Below, piece after piece: positions 46,480 through 58,355 of a stretch of DNA of 64,000 bases. The first letter of the stretch is position 1; each line of letters starts with the position of its first letter. The stretch is from Anaerolineales bacterium. GTDB lineage: Bacteria; Chloroflexota; Anaerolineae; Anaerolineales; RBG-16-64-43. Both the position numbers and the translations under genes were made by a program. Location of the stretch: positions 3,773 through 67,772 of the forward strand of contig JBEKHT010000008.1 in NCBI GenBank assembly GCA_050012135.1, read 5' to 3'. Below the pieces are notes generated by a model. It did not search any database. It worked only from the letters and a program-made list of their open reading frames with translations, and was not told where the DNA came from.

Positions 46480-48107
46480 AGCTCGACCGGGAGAGTTGCT
46501 GGCAGAGGCTGGCCTCCGAGAGGTTCGACCTGCTCGTTATCGGAGGAGGCATTGTGGGCGTGGGGATCGCCTGGGATGCTGCGCTTCGAGGGCTGAAAGT
46601 GGCCTTGGTCGAAAAGGAGGACTTCGCTTCCGGAGCCTCCAGCCGCTCATCGCGGATGATCCATGGGGGGTTGAGATACCTCGAATACATGCATTTCGGC
46701 CTCGTCCGGGAAGCCAGTCGGGAACGAGGAGTCTTGCTCCGCATCGCACCTGGGTTGGTTCGCAGAACGCCCTTCTTGATTCCCTTCTACGCGAAGGATT
46801 GCCCCAGCCCGTGGATGATGAATGCGGGGTTGATGCTCTACGAGCTGCTCGGTTGGGTGAGCCGTAATCAGCACCACCGGATGCTTCGCCCAGAGGAGGC
46901 CCTGACCCGCGAGCCGACGCTTCGCCCGGAGGGTCTTCAGGGTGCCGCGCGCTACTACGACGCCCTGGCGGATGATGCGCGCCTCGTGTGGTGCGTTGCG
47001 GAAAGGGCGATGGAGGCTGGGGCCACCCTCTGTAACCATGCCGAGGTCATCCAGATCCTCAAGGGGTCCAAGGGAGGGGTGGCCGGCGCGGGAGCCAAGG
47101 ATGTGCTGTGTGGCCGGGAGGCCGAAATCCGAGCCGGGGTGGTGGTCAACGCTTGCGGTCCTTGGGCCGATGCTATCCGCAGACTGGATGACCCGGACGC
47201 CGAGCCGCTCCTTCGTCCAACCAAGGGAGTCCACCTGGTCTTCCGCGTCGAGGGAGGCCCTCGTAGGGAGGCGATTGTTTTCAACGCTCCTCAGGATAAC
47301 CGTAAGCTCTTCCTGGTTCCCTGGGGGAGTTTTGAATACGTGGGGACTACCGACACGGACTATGACGGGTCGCTCGAGGAGGTGCAGACCGAACCCGCAG
47401 ACATCGCCTATACCCTTCAGGCGATGGAACGGGCTTTTGGCCGTCGCTATGAGGAGGACCGCATTTGGAGTGCCTGGGCGGGCGTGCGCAATCTGCTGCG
47501 GGACGAGCAGGAACGACCGGGCAGGGTCTCACGGGAGCACCGCTATGTGCGCAGCGCCTCCGGATTGCTGACGGTTGCGGGTGGCAAACTGACGACCTTC
47601 CGAGCAATGGCGGAGCAGGTCACCTCGCTTGTCTTGCGGGAGCTGGGAGTCCCGAGACGGGCAGCGCGCACAGCACAAACGGCTCTTCTGCCCCCCTTTC
47701 CCGAAGAGTGGGAGCAAGTGGAGAGTGACCCGAGAACGGCGGAGCTCGTTTGGAACTACGGGGCCCGCTCTTGGGCCGTCATTCGCAGGATGCTGGAGAA
47801 TCCGGACCAGGCGGCGCCCCTCACGAAGGGCTCGTCCTATCCTTGGGCCTGCGTGGAACATGCCATAGAGGAAGAGCTGGCGCAGACCGTGAGCGACGTG
47901 CTGGTTCGTCGCACTCGCACGGTTCTGGAGGCGGACGACGGTGGCCTGGGCGTGGCCGCCCATGTGGCCCAGAGGCTCGCCGAGCATCATGGCTGGACCC
48001 TTGAGGAGCAGGTTCGCCAATTGGCCCAATTCCGCGGCGAGATTGATCGAGCTCATCCTGGCAGGCGGGTCGGCTCGCCTGTTGTTTCCGCTGCGACCTC
48101 AGGTTAG
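46476..48107 (+). CDS. glpD: FAD-dependent glycerol-3-phosphate dehydrogenase/oxidase
   Basis: FDLLVIGGGIVGVGIAWDAALRGLKVALVEKEDFASGASSRSSRMIHGGLRYLE. Confidence 0.88.
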   Translation: MKLDRESCWQRLASERFDLLVIGGGIVGVGIAWDAALRGLKVALVEKEDFASGASSRSSRMIHGGLRYLEYMHFGLVREASRERGVLLRIAPGLVRRTPFLIPFYAKDCPSPWMMNAGLMLYELLGWVSRNQHHRMLRPEEALTREPTLRPEGLQGAARYYDALADDARLVWCVAERAMEAGATLCNHAEVIQILKGSKGGVAGAGAKDVLCGREAEIRAGVVVNACGPWADAIRRLDDPDAEPLLRPTKGVHLVFRVEGGPRREAIVFNAPQDNRKLFLVPWGSFEYVGTTDTDYDGSLEEVQTEPADIAYTLQAMERAFGRRYEEDRIWSAWAGVRNLLRDEQERPGRVSREHRYVRSASGLLTVAGGKLTTFRAMAEQVTSLVLRELGVPRRAARTAQTALLPPFPEEWEQVESDPRTAELVWNYGARSWAVIRRMLENPDQAAPLTKGSSYPWACVEHAIEEELAQTVSDVLVRRTRTVLEADDGGLGVAAHVAQRLAEHHGWTLEEQVRQLAQFRGEIDRAHPGRRVGSPVVSAATSG

Positions 48108-48120
48108 GAGGCTACCTCGA

Positions 48121-49356
48121 ATGGAAACACTCTGGGATCAGCGCTACGCGCAGCGCACCCAACGGATGGAAAGCTCGGCGATCCGCGAGCTGCTCAAGTT
48201 GACGGAGCAGCCGGAGTTGATCTCCTTCGCCGGGGGCTTACCGGGGCCGGATGTCTTCCCGTTGCAGGAGATCGCGGAGGCCGCGCAGCGGGTGCTTCGT
48301 GACGTCGGGCCTCAGGCTTTGCAGTATGGCACCACGGAGGGCCATCTCCCCTTGCGAGAGATGATCGTGCGCCATTCCGGCCGCTACGGTTTTGACATTT
48401 CCGCCGAGAACGTGCTCATCACCTCGGGCTCTCAACAGGCTTTGGATCTGTTGGGTCGCATCTTCATCAACCGAGGGGACCGCATCCTGGTGGAGTCCCC
48501 TACCTATCTGGGGGCGATCCAGGCTTGGAATGCCTACGGTGCCGAGTACGTGCCGGTGTCGATCGATGAGGACGGGATGATCACCGCCGCCCTGGAAGAG
48601 GCCCTACGTGCCGGGCCGAAATTCATCTACGTGCTGCCGAATTTTCAGAATCCGACCGGGGTGACCCTCTCGCTTGAGCGGCGAGAGGCTCTTGTCCATC
48701 TCGCCGATCAGTACGGGGTGCCGATTATCGAGGATGACCCGTACGGCCAGCTTCGGTATGAAGGAGACCACCTCCCGGCCGTGGTGACGCTCGATGGAAG
48801 GTCCCGCACGAACGGGGATCACTGCTACCACGGGAATGTGATCTATCTGAGCACCTTCTCGAAGGTCCTGGCCCCTGGATTCCGCCTGGCCTGGGTAGTG
48901 GCGCCGCCCGAGGTGGTGCGAAAGCTGGTTCAGGCAAAGCAAGGGGCCGATTTGCACACCTCCACCTTCAACCAGTTCTTGGCGTACGAAGTGGCCCGAG
49001 GCGGCTTCCTCGATCGACACGTTCGTCTGATTCGTCAAGTCTACCGCCGCCGACGGGATGTCATGTTGAAAGCCATGGAAAGCGATTTCCCCACGGGGGT
49101 CCATTGGACCAAGCCGAAGGGCGGCCTTTTCCTGTGGGGTGTCCTTCCTGAGGGCATGAAGTCGGTGGAAGTCCTGCAATCTGCCGTTGAGCAAAAAGTA
49201 GCTTTTGTTCCGGGAGGCCCCTTTTTCGCGCGGGGAGGCGGCGAGAACACAATGAGGCTCAACTTCTCCTTTGCCAGCGAGGATCGCATCCTGGAGGGGA
49301 TCCGCCGCCTGGGGAATGTGCTGGCCGAGAGGGTGGGCCGGCAGCAGGCAGGATAG
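48121..49356 (+). CDS. PLP-dependent aminotransferase (class I/II, LysN/2-aminoadipate-aminotransferase-like)
   Basis: SSAIRELLKLTEQPELISFAGGLP, NFQNPTG, and STFSKVLAPGFRLAW (PLP Lys). Confidence 0.85.
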   Translation: METLWDQRYAQRTQRMESSAIRELLKLTEQPELISFAGGLPGPDVFPLQEIAEAAQRVLRDVGPQALQYGTTEGHLPLREMIVRHSGRYGFDISAENVLITSGSQQALDLLGRIFINRGDRILVESPTYLGAIQAWNAYGAEYVPVSIDEDGMITAALEEALRAGPKFIYVLPNFQNPTGVTLSLERREALVHLADQYGVPIIEDDPYGQLRYEGDHLPAVVTLDGRSRTNGDHCYHGNVIYLSTFSKVLAPGFRLAWVVAPPEVVRKLVQAKQGADLHTSTFNQFLAYEVARGGFLDRHVRLIRQVYRRRRDVMLKAMESDFPTGVHWTKPKGGLFLWGVLPEGMKSVEVLQSAVEQKVAFVPGGPFFARGGGENTMRLNFSFASEDRILEGIRRLGNVLAERVGRQQAG

Positions 49357-49421
49357 ACTGGGATCTGCTTGAGCTGCGCCCCCGGCTGGGCGACTTCCGA
49401 TGAAAGCGGCACGGACTGGCT

Positions 49422-50351
49422 TCATCCGCCAGGTCCTGATTCTTGGTCCTCGCGCACTGGCCAGAGCAACATTGGGCGGCGCAGGCGGCCGGCCACCATG
49501 GGGGCCACGCTTCGAGCCCAGAAGGCGTCCATCCCTGCCTTGCCGTGGGTGGACAACACAACCAGATCGGCATTGAGACTCTCGGAGAATTCCACGATCG
49601 TCGCCACGGGGTCGCCCCGCACGACCTCGGCTTCACACGCAATCCCCGCAGCTCGTATTCTGTCCACCTGGCGGCGCAGGTAGTCTGCTCCACCTTCGCA
49701 GGCAAGGTCGAGAACCGCGCTCATCGCACCGGGCAATAGGATCCCGGTTCCCGAGGCCTCGGCAGGCAAAGTGGTCAGGGTTGGGACGACCAGCAGCAGG
49801 AGAATTGTCGCATCGAAGGCCTGACCGAGTTCCAGAGCGGCGGGCAGGGCCTTTTCATGGGCCGCCGAACCATCCAGCGGGATCAGAATCCGTCGCAAGG
49901 TGAAGGAGGGAGGCTCCTTTCCCTCCGCGGTAGGCGGAACGAGCAGCACAGGGGTCGCGCCCTGGCCCACAACCTGCTGGGCTTTGCTGCCGAACAAGGC
50001 TCCGCGGAGACCTCCACGGCCGTGAGTGCACATGATGATCAAATCGGGGGCCAGCTCCTGCGAATGAGCGACCAGGCTCCGCGCGACATCCGCCGCGGCG
50101 CCGGCGTGGACGTGAATCTCAGGGGCGGCGCCTTCGCCGAAGTATTGGCGGCGCACCTCCTGCAGATAACTTGCGGCCTCCGAGGCATCCGTCAAATGGC
50201 GTTCGCCGTGAATGACCTGCGGCGGATCGCGTTCGACAATGTGAACCAGGGTGATGCTTGCCCGGGTTGCCTCGGCGAGAGCCCGAGCCGGGGGCAGCGC
50301 CGCCTCGGCGAGTTTGGAGCCATCCAAAGGGACTAAGAGACTTCTGAACAT
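49422..50351 (-). CDS. Universal stress protein (tandem UspA domains)
   Basis: Two repeats of the ILVPLDGS...GRGG...GS motif set. Confidence 0.85.
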   Translation of the reverse strand: MFRSLLVPLDGSKLAEAALPPARALAEATRASITLVHIVERDPPQVIHGERHLTDASEAASYLQEVRRQYFGEGAAPEIHVHAGAAADVARSLVAHSQELAPDLIIMCTHGRGGLRGALFGSKAQQVVGQGATPVLLVPPTAEGKEPPSFTLRRILIPLDGSAAHEKALPAALELGQAFDATILLLLVVPTLTTLPAEASGTGILLPGAMSAVLDLACEGGADYLRRQVDRIRAAGIACEAEVVRGDPVATIVEFSESLNADLVVLSTHGKAGMDAFWARSVAPMVAGRLRRPMLLWPVREDQESGPGG

Positions 50352-50355
50352 CGCC

Positions 50356-51669
50356 TCATCTCGTCAGGAGCAGCTGATGAAGCAGGGCGACGTTGAGCAG
50401 GATGATCAGCGTCGCCACGAGCCAGGCGGCGATGGTCGTGAGTCGCGAATTCACGAGAGGGCCCATGACGTCGCGCCGGCGAGTGAACAGGACCAGCGGA
50501 ACAACTGCGAAAGGTAGGCCGAAGCTGAGAACCACCTGGCTGAGGATGAGCACGCGGGTGGGGTCAAGGCCCACGCCGATCACGATCAGCGAGGGGGCCA
50601 TGGTCGCCAGGCGTCGGATCCAGACAGGGATGCGACGATGCAGAAAGCCCTGCATGATAACTTGGCCCGACATGGTACCCACCGACGAGGACGAAAGACC
50701 GGCGGCGAGAAGGGCAATGGCGAACACCGAGCCTGCGGCCGGACCGAGCAGAGGTTGAAGTGTGCGGTAAGCCTCCTGAAGACTGGCAATCGTGGTGAGC
50801 CCCCGGTAGTAGAAGGTCCCAGCGGCCATGATCAACATGGCCGCATTGATGAGGCCTGCGACTCCCATTGCCAGGGCGACGTCAACCAACTCGTATCGGT
50901 AAAGACGCTTCATCTGCGAAGGCTCGCGGGTAATGATGCGGCCCTGGGTCAGAGAGGAGTGGAGAAAGACGACGTGGGGCATTATCGTCGCTCCCAAAAT
51001 CCCGGCGGCCAGGACGAGGCTTTCCGGACCGGAGAACTGGGGGATCACGGCGTGGGCCAGAATGGGGGTCCAGTTGGGACGAACGAGGACGATTTCGACC
51101 AAGTAGGAGGCGGCGATCACGCCGACCATTCCTGTGATGACGGCTTCAAGGAGCCGAAAGCCACGCCGCTCCAAGCCGAGGATCAGGAACGTGAAAACCG
51201 CCGTGAGAACAGCGGCCACGGCCAAAGGAAGGCCGAAGAGCAGGTTGAGGCCCACGGCCGCCCCCAGAAACTCGGCCAAGTCGGTCGCCATGGCAACCAC
51301 CTCCATAAGACCCCACATGGCCCAGGTGACGGGCTTGGGGAAGTGGCGGCGACACTGTTCCGCTAGGTTCAGCCCGGTGGCAATGCCGAGCTTGGCCGAA
51401 AGGGCTTGAATGAGCATGCCCGTCAGGTTGCTGAGCAGCACGACCCACAGAAGGGTGTAGCCGAACTCTGCCCCCCCCTGAATGTTGGTGGCGAAGTTGC
51501 CGGGGTCCACATAGGCCACGCTGGCGATAAAGGCGGGGCCCAGGAAAGGCAGAAGGCGAGTCAGGCCTTTCCGCTTGCTTTTCCCGGAAAGGATGAGACC
51601 TGCCTCTTTGATTGTGGCGGCGTCACCCGGCTGGACCTCCGCGCGAGTGGGTGGGGGGAGGGCAGGCAT
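50356..51669 (-). CDS. mntH: Nramp-family divalent metal (Mn2+/Fe2+) transporter
   Basis: GPAFIASVAYVDPGNFATNIQGGAEFGY; polytopic. ATG at 51669 is preferred over the track start at 51867. Confidence 0.9.
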   Translation of the reverse strand: MPALPPPTRAEVQPGDAATIKEAGLILSGKSKRKGLTRLLPFLGPAFIASVAYVDPGNFATNIQGGAEFGYTLLWVVLLSNLTGMLIQALSAKLGIATGLNLAEQCRRHFPKPVTWAMWGLMEVVAMATDLAEFLGAAVGLNLLFGLPLAVAAVLTAVFTFLILGLERRGFRLLEAVITGMVGVIAASYLVEIVLVRPNWTPILAHAVIPQFSGPESLVLAAGILGATIMPHVVFLHSSLTQGRIITREPSQMKRLYRYELVDVALAMGVAGLINAAMLIMAAGTFYYRGLTTIASLQEAYRTLQPLLGPAAGSVFAIALLAAGLSSSSVGTMSGQVIMQGFLHRRIPVWIRRLATMAPSLIVIGVGLDPTRVLILSQVVLSFGLPFAVVPLVLFTRRRDVMGPLVNSRLTTIAAWLVATLIILLNVALLHQLLLTR

Positions 51670-51751
51670 GGCAGCAGCACCAACCTCAATCGTTTCCGGC
51701 AGAGATAGAAAAGAGGCCCATCCGTTTGCAGCGCCAGCGTGACAATGGGTT

Positions 51752-52486
51752 CTAGCGGGCCGTCCCTCGGGAATGGGTCGAGGAGCGGGGGGCAGAAGCC
51801 CGGCTCTTCCTGGAGCCCGAATTGGCATGCTCTTGGCGGACCAGGATGCGACGGGCCAGCGAGGCACTCAGCTGCCGGAGTGTGCCTTGCACGCTCACTT
51901 CGAGAGGGTCATTGAATGGCCCGCGCTTGATCAAAAGAACGGAAGCACCTGGGACCAAGCCCACGGATTTCGCATAGCGCAGGAATTTGGGCTCTTCGTC
52001 CGCCATTTGAGCGATCGTGGCGCGTTGTCCGTGCGCCAAATCCGCGAGAGTGGTTTCCGATTGCTCGGGGACACGGCCTCCGGGCGAGGGGATGGGGTCG
52101 CCATGAGGATCAACCTGCGGATGGTCGAGCAACTGGTCGAGCCGGTCGACGAAGCGTTGGGAAACGACATGTTCGAGACCATCCGCCTCCGCATGAACCT
52201 GATCCCAGCGGAAGTCAAGGACTTGGACCAGGAAGGTTTCGAGCAGTCGATGGCGTCGGAGGACCGAGCGCGCCGCGCGTCGCCCGCTGGGGGAGAGGGT
52301 CACATCTCGGTAGGGCCTGTGTCGGACGAGACCGGCCGAGGACAACCGCTTCAACATTGCGGTGACGCTGGGCAGCGTGACCTGCAAGGATCTGGCTAGG
52401 CCGCTGGTGGTCGCGGCCCTTCCTTGGGCTTCGAGGGCGTGTATCGCAAGAAGGCAATCCTGTTGGGCCGCGCTGAGATCAGCCAT
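51752..52486 (-). CDS. DtxR/MntR-family metal-dependent repressor with C-terminal FeoA/SH3-like domain
   Basis: LPSVTAMLKRLSSAGLV, RRHRLLETFL, HAEADGLEHV, VDPHGDPIP. Confidence 0.88.
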   Translation of the reverse strand: MADLSAAQQDCLLAIHALEAQGRAATTSGLARSLQVTLPSVTAMLKRLSSAGLVRHRPYRDVTLSPSGRRAARSVLRRHRLLETFLVQVLDFRWDQVHAEADGLEHVVSQRFVDRLDQLLDHPQVDPHGDPIPSPGGRVPEQSETTLADLAHGQRATIAQMADEEPKFLRYAKSVGLVPGASVLLIKRGPFNDPLEVSVQGTLRQLSASLARRILVRQEHANSGSRKSRASAPRSSTHSRGTAR

Positions 52487-52493
52487 CGCAGGC

Positions 52494-52515
52494 TAAGTTA
52501 GTCGCATCTAACTTA
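52494..52515. promoter_or_regulatory. Candidate DtxR/MntR operator palindrome
   Basis: TAAGTTAG-TCGCAT-CTAACTTA is a perfect 8-bp inverted repeat starting 8 nt upstream of the repressor ATG. The half-sites resemble the TTAGGTTAG/CTAACCTAA DtxR box. Confidence 0.5.
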
Positions 52516-52631
52516 CAGTTTTCATCCTACTCACTTCGCGGCGGCCTGTCAAGCGGAATCGAGGCGGGCCGACCCTCGCCGGCCAAGGGATTCAATCATC
52601 TACGGTCGTGGAGCCAGGAGGATTCGAAGGG

Positions 52632-53405
52632 TCAGAGTGGGTCGGGCGGGGGTGAATTGGGCAGAAGCCCCTGACCTCCCCCCGGGAGGGTGAAGCTGCT
52701 GACATTATCCAGGGTCACAACTTGGACGTGGTTGTCAAGATTCGGGAGGCGGGACTCGTTTTCGGCAAGGAGCCGATCCAAAGGAATCGTGGAGCGGATG
52801 TGGCTGGGAGCCAATCCCGCGAGGATGAATTCCTCCCGGCCGGGGGGGATGCGGAGAGCCAGAGCTCGAACCACTTTGGCTTCATATTCAAGGGCGTCCA
52901 GCGGTGAGTTCTGGTCGCTTAGGAGCGCGTCGACTACTTCCTGACCCCGAAGGGATCGGCCGTCCAGAAAAACCCCTCCGAGCCGATTGGCAACCGTCTC
53001 AAACGCCTGGTTGTCAACCTGGATGACCGCATCTGGCTGACCCTTGAGGTAGCTCTGGAGTACGTCAGGGTTTACGGATTCCGGGTCCGCCAGCACATCC
53101 CGCAGCACGGCGGGTTGCCCGTTCGACAGGAACACGATGGTTGCCGGCGAGATCCCGAGGAGCTTGACTTGGGCACTATTCTGCAGCTGGACGATCCAAA
53201 CGGCGAGCAAGTGAGAGGGTGGAACCAGCTGGTCGTACCCGAGCACCAAATAGGTTTGAGACTGAGGCGCGCTGGTCGGAGCGGCGAGCGGAGTCCACTG
53301 TTGCCCGGCGACCCGGCCAAGGAACACGCCCACAACTAGGAAGGACACAACCACGAGGAGAGTGGCAGCGAACCGCATTTGGCTACTTCGGTTGGCCGCT
53401 AGCAT
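52632..53405 (-). CDS. Membrane-anchored LytR-CpsA-Psr (LCP)-like protein
   Basis: N-terminal TM, then YLVLGYD...LLAVWIV...ISPATIV, with ...NQAFETVANRLGGV further downstream, resembling the LCP-domain core. Weak. Confidence 0.45.
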   Translation of the reverse strand: MLAANRSSQMRFAATLLVVVSFLVVGVFLGRVAGQQWTPLAAPTSAPQSQTYLVLGYDQLVPPSHLLAVWIVQLQNSAQVKLLGISPATIVFLSNGQPAVLRDVLADPESVNPDVLQSYLKGQPDAVIQVDNQAFETVANRLGGVFLDGRSLRGQEVVDALLSDQNSPLDALEYEAKVVRALALRIPPGREEFILAGLAPSHIRSTIPLDRLLAENESRLPNLDNHVQVVTLDNVSSFTLPGGGQGLLPNSPPPDPL

Positions 53406-53518
53406 GGCCCGATGATGGTCTCGTCACCGTGCTTTAACAAATCCAAGCCTATGCTATTCCACTTACCCACAAAACGCAAGCAGTCGCCGGGATGGGCAAG
53501 GATTCTGTCCGGTTTCAC

Positions 53519-54799
53519 TCAAGGACTCTTGCGTTGGATGTCCGCTCCTAGTTGCCTCATCTTCTCGTCGATGCGCTCATAGCCGCGGTCGATCTGGGCA
53601 ATATTGCGGATTACAGAAGTCCCGCGGCCGGCCAGAGCGGCCAAGATGAGCGCCATTCCGGCGCGGATGTCTGGGCTTTCGAGTTGTTCACCCCAGAGCT
53701 CGCTGGGGCCTTGGACGATAGCTCGGTGCGGATCGCAAAGCACAACCCGGGCCCCCATGGCCACAAGCTTGTCGATGAAGAACATGCGGCTCGGGTACAT
53801 CCAATCGTGGAACAGAACTGTTCCGTTGGATTGAGTTGCCGCCACAATGGCCATGCTCATCATATCGGTGGGAAAGGCTGGCCAAGGCATCACGCTGATC
53901 TCGGGAATTGCCCCTCCCAGATCGGGCCGGATCGCCAATTGCTGATCGCTCGGGACCAGAATGCTGTTTTCTTGCTCCTGCCACTCGATGCCCAAGCGGC
54001 CAAACACCAGGCGGGTCATGGTCAAGTACTCCGGCTGCACTTTCTCAATCCGGACGCTGCCGTGGGTCACCGCGGCCGCCACGATGAAGCTGGCGACCTC
54101 CAGATAGTCAGCCCCCAGGGTGAACTCTCCGCCGCGGAGCCCCGGCACGCCCTCGATGTGCAGGATGTTGGAGCCGATATTGTTGATTCTCGCGCCCAGC
54201 CCGTTGAGGAAATGACAGAGCTCTTGAACATGAGGTTCGGAGGCCGCATTGCGCAGGATGGTTTCTCCCTGGGCAAGCGCCGCAGCCATGATGGCGTTCT
54301 CCGTCGCAGTGACACTGGCTTCATCCAAGAGAATCTCGGCTCCGCGCAGTCCCTGGGTCTGCATATCCATGACTCGTTCATATACGACTCGCGCGCCTAG
54401 TGCCGAAAGGGCGAGAATATGGGTGTCAACCCTGCGCCTGCCGATGACATCCCCTCCCGGCGGCGGAAGACGAACTCGGCCCAGGCGAGCCAGCAAAGGA
54501 CCCGCGAGCAGGATCGAGGCCCGGATCTGACGGCAGAGGTCTGGGTCCAGCTCGTTGCCGCGAATGTCCTTGGCCCAAATCCTCCATGTGTGAGGCGCGA
54601 TGGCCTCCAGAGAAGCTCCCAGACTGGCCAATAGGGCCATGAGAGCATGCACATCCTGAATCTCCGGAACATTGTGAAGGACTACGGGTTGGTCTGTGAG
54701 CAGGCAAGCGGCCAGCAAGGGCAGGGCCGAATTCTTGTTGCCTGAGGGGGTGACCGTCCCGTGCAGCGGCACTTGGCCTTCAATGACAAGTTGTTCCAT
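53519..54799 (-). CDS. murA: UDP-N-acetylglucosamine 1-carboxyvinyltransferase
   Basis: [19 protein letters not shown], the PGG..IG.R loop, and FPTDMMS. ATG at 54799 with an AAGGAA RBS. Confidence 0.92.
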   Translation of the reverse strand: MEQLVIEGQVPLHGTVTPSGNKNSALPLLAACLLTDQPVVLHNVPEIQDVHALMALLASLGASLEAIAPHTWRIWAKDIRGNELDPDLCRQIRASILLAGPLLARLGRVRLPPPGGDVIGRRRVDTHILALSALGARVVYERVMDMQTQGLRGAEILLDEASVTATENAIMAAALAQGETILRNAASEPHVQELCHFLNGLGARINNIGSNILHIEGVPGLRGGEFTLGADYLEVASFIVAAAVTHGSVRIEKVQPEYLTMTRLVFGRLGIEWQEQENSILVPSDQQLAIRPDLGGAIPEISVMPWPAFPTDMMSMAIVAATQSNGTVLFHDWMYPSRMFFIDKLVAMGARVVLCDPHRAIVQGPSELWGEQLESPDIRAGMALILAALAGRGTSVIRNIAQIDRGYERIDEKMRQLGADIQRKSP

Positions 54800-55200
54800 T
54801 TGGGTTCCTTCGCATGCGAGGATGACTGTCAATGCCGCGTCCGGCTGGGCCCTGCTCCTTCCCGGAGGAGACCGGGCGCCCGAAGCTTGAGCGCGGTTCG
54901 AGAAATACTCTCGGCGAGGTTCTGGCGGCTCGGATGGCCGAGTCGGGCTCGAGGCGCGCTGGGCATCGGGGGTAACCCTGACAATCCCAGCCGAGAGCCT
55001 CATGGGTCAGGTGATCCGCCAGCGATCGGGTCGCCACTGTTTCTTGCCGGCAGGTCGATTGTAGCGGGGTTGGAACGATCCTACAAGCTCAGGGAGCAGG
55101 CAGGGAGCGAGCTTGGATTCCCCTGCGTCCTGAGCGGTTGGGGGCAGGGGTTGTGGTAAAATTCGTTATCGTGAATCAGCAGAATCCAGCAATCCCAAAG

Positions 55201-58141
<2,941 letters not shown>

Positions 58142-58355
58142 GCCGGGTCGGAAGCGACCATCCCGTGGGTCTCGATGCTGCGCCTGTGGGCGCAGTATTT
58201 GCACCCCGGAGATGCGCCTCCGCACAGATCCGGGGGGAGGCCGTCGCCGCCGGGCGCCTCCGTGAGGATTCCAGGGTAAACTAGCGGGGGAACGAGAAGG
58301 GGGGAAAGACTAGGGCGCGTCACCGTTCCAATCCGCCAACCCCTTGGGCGATTGC

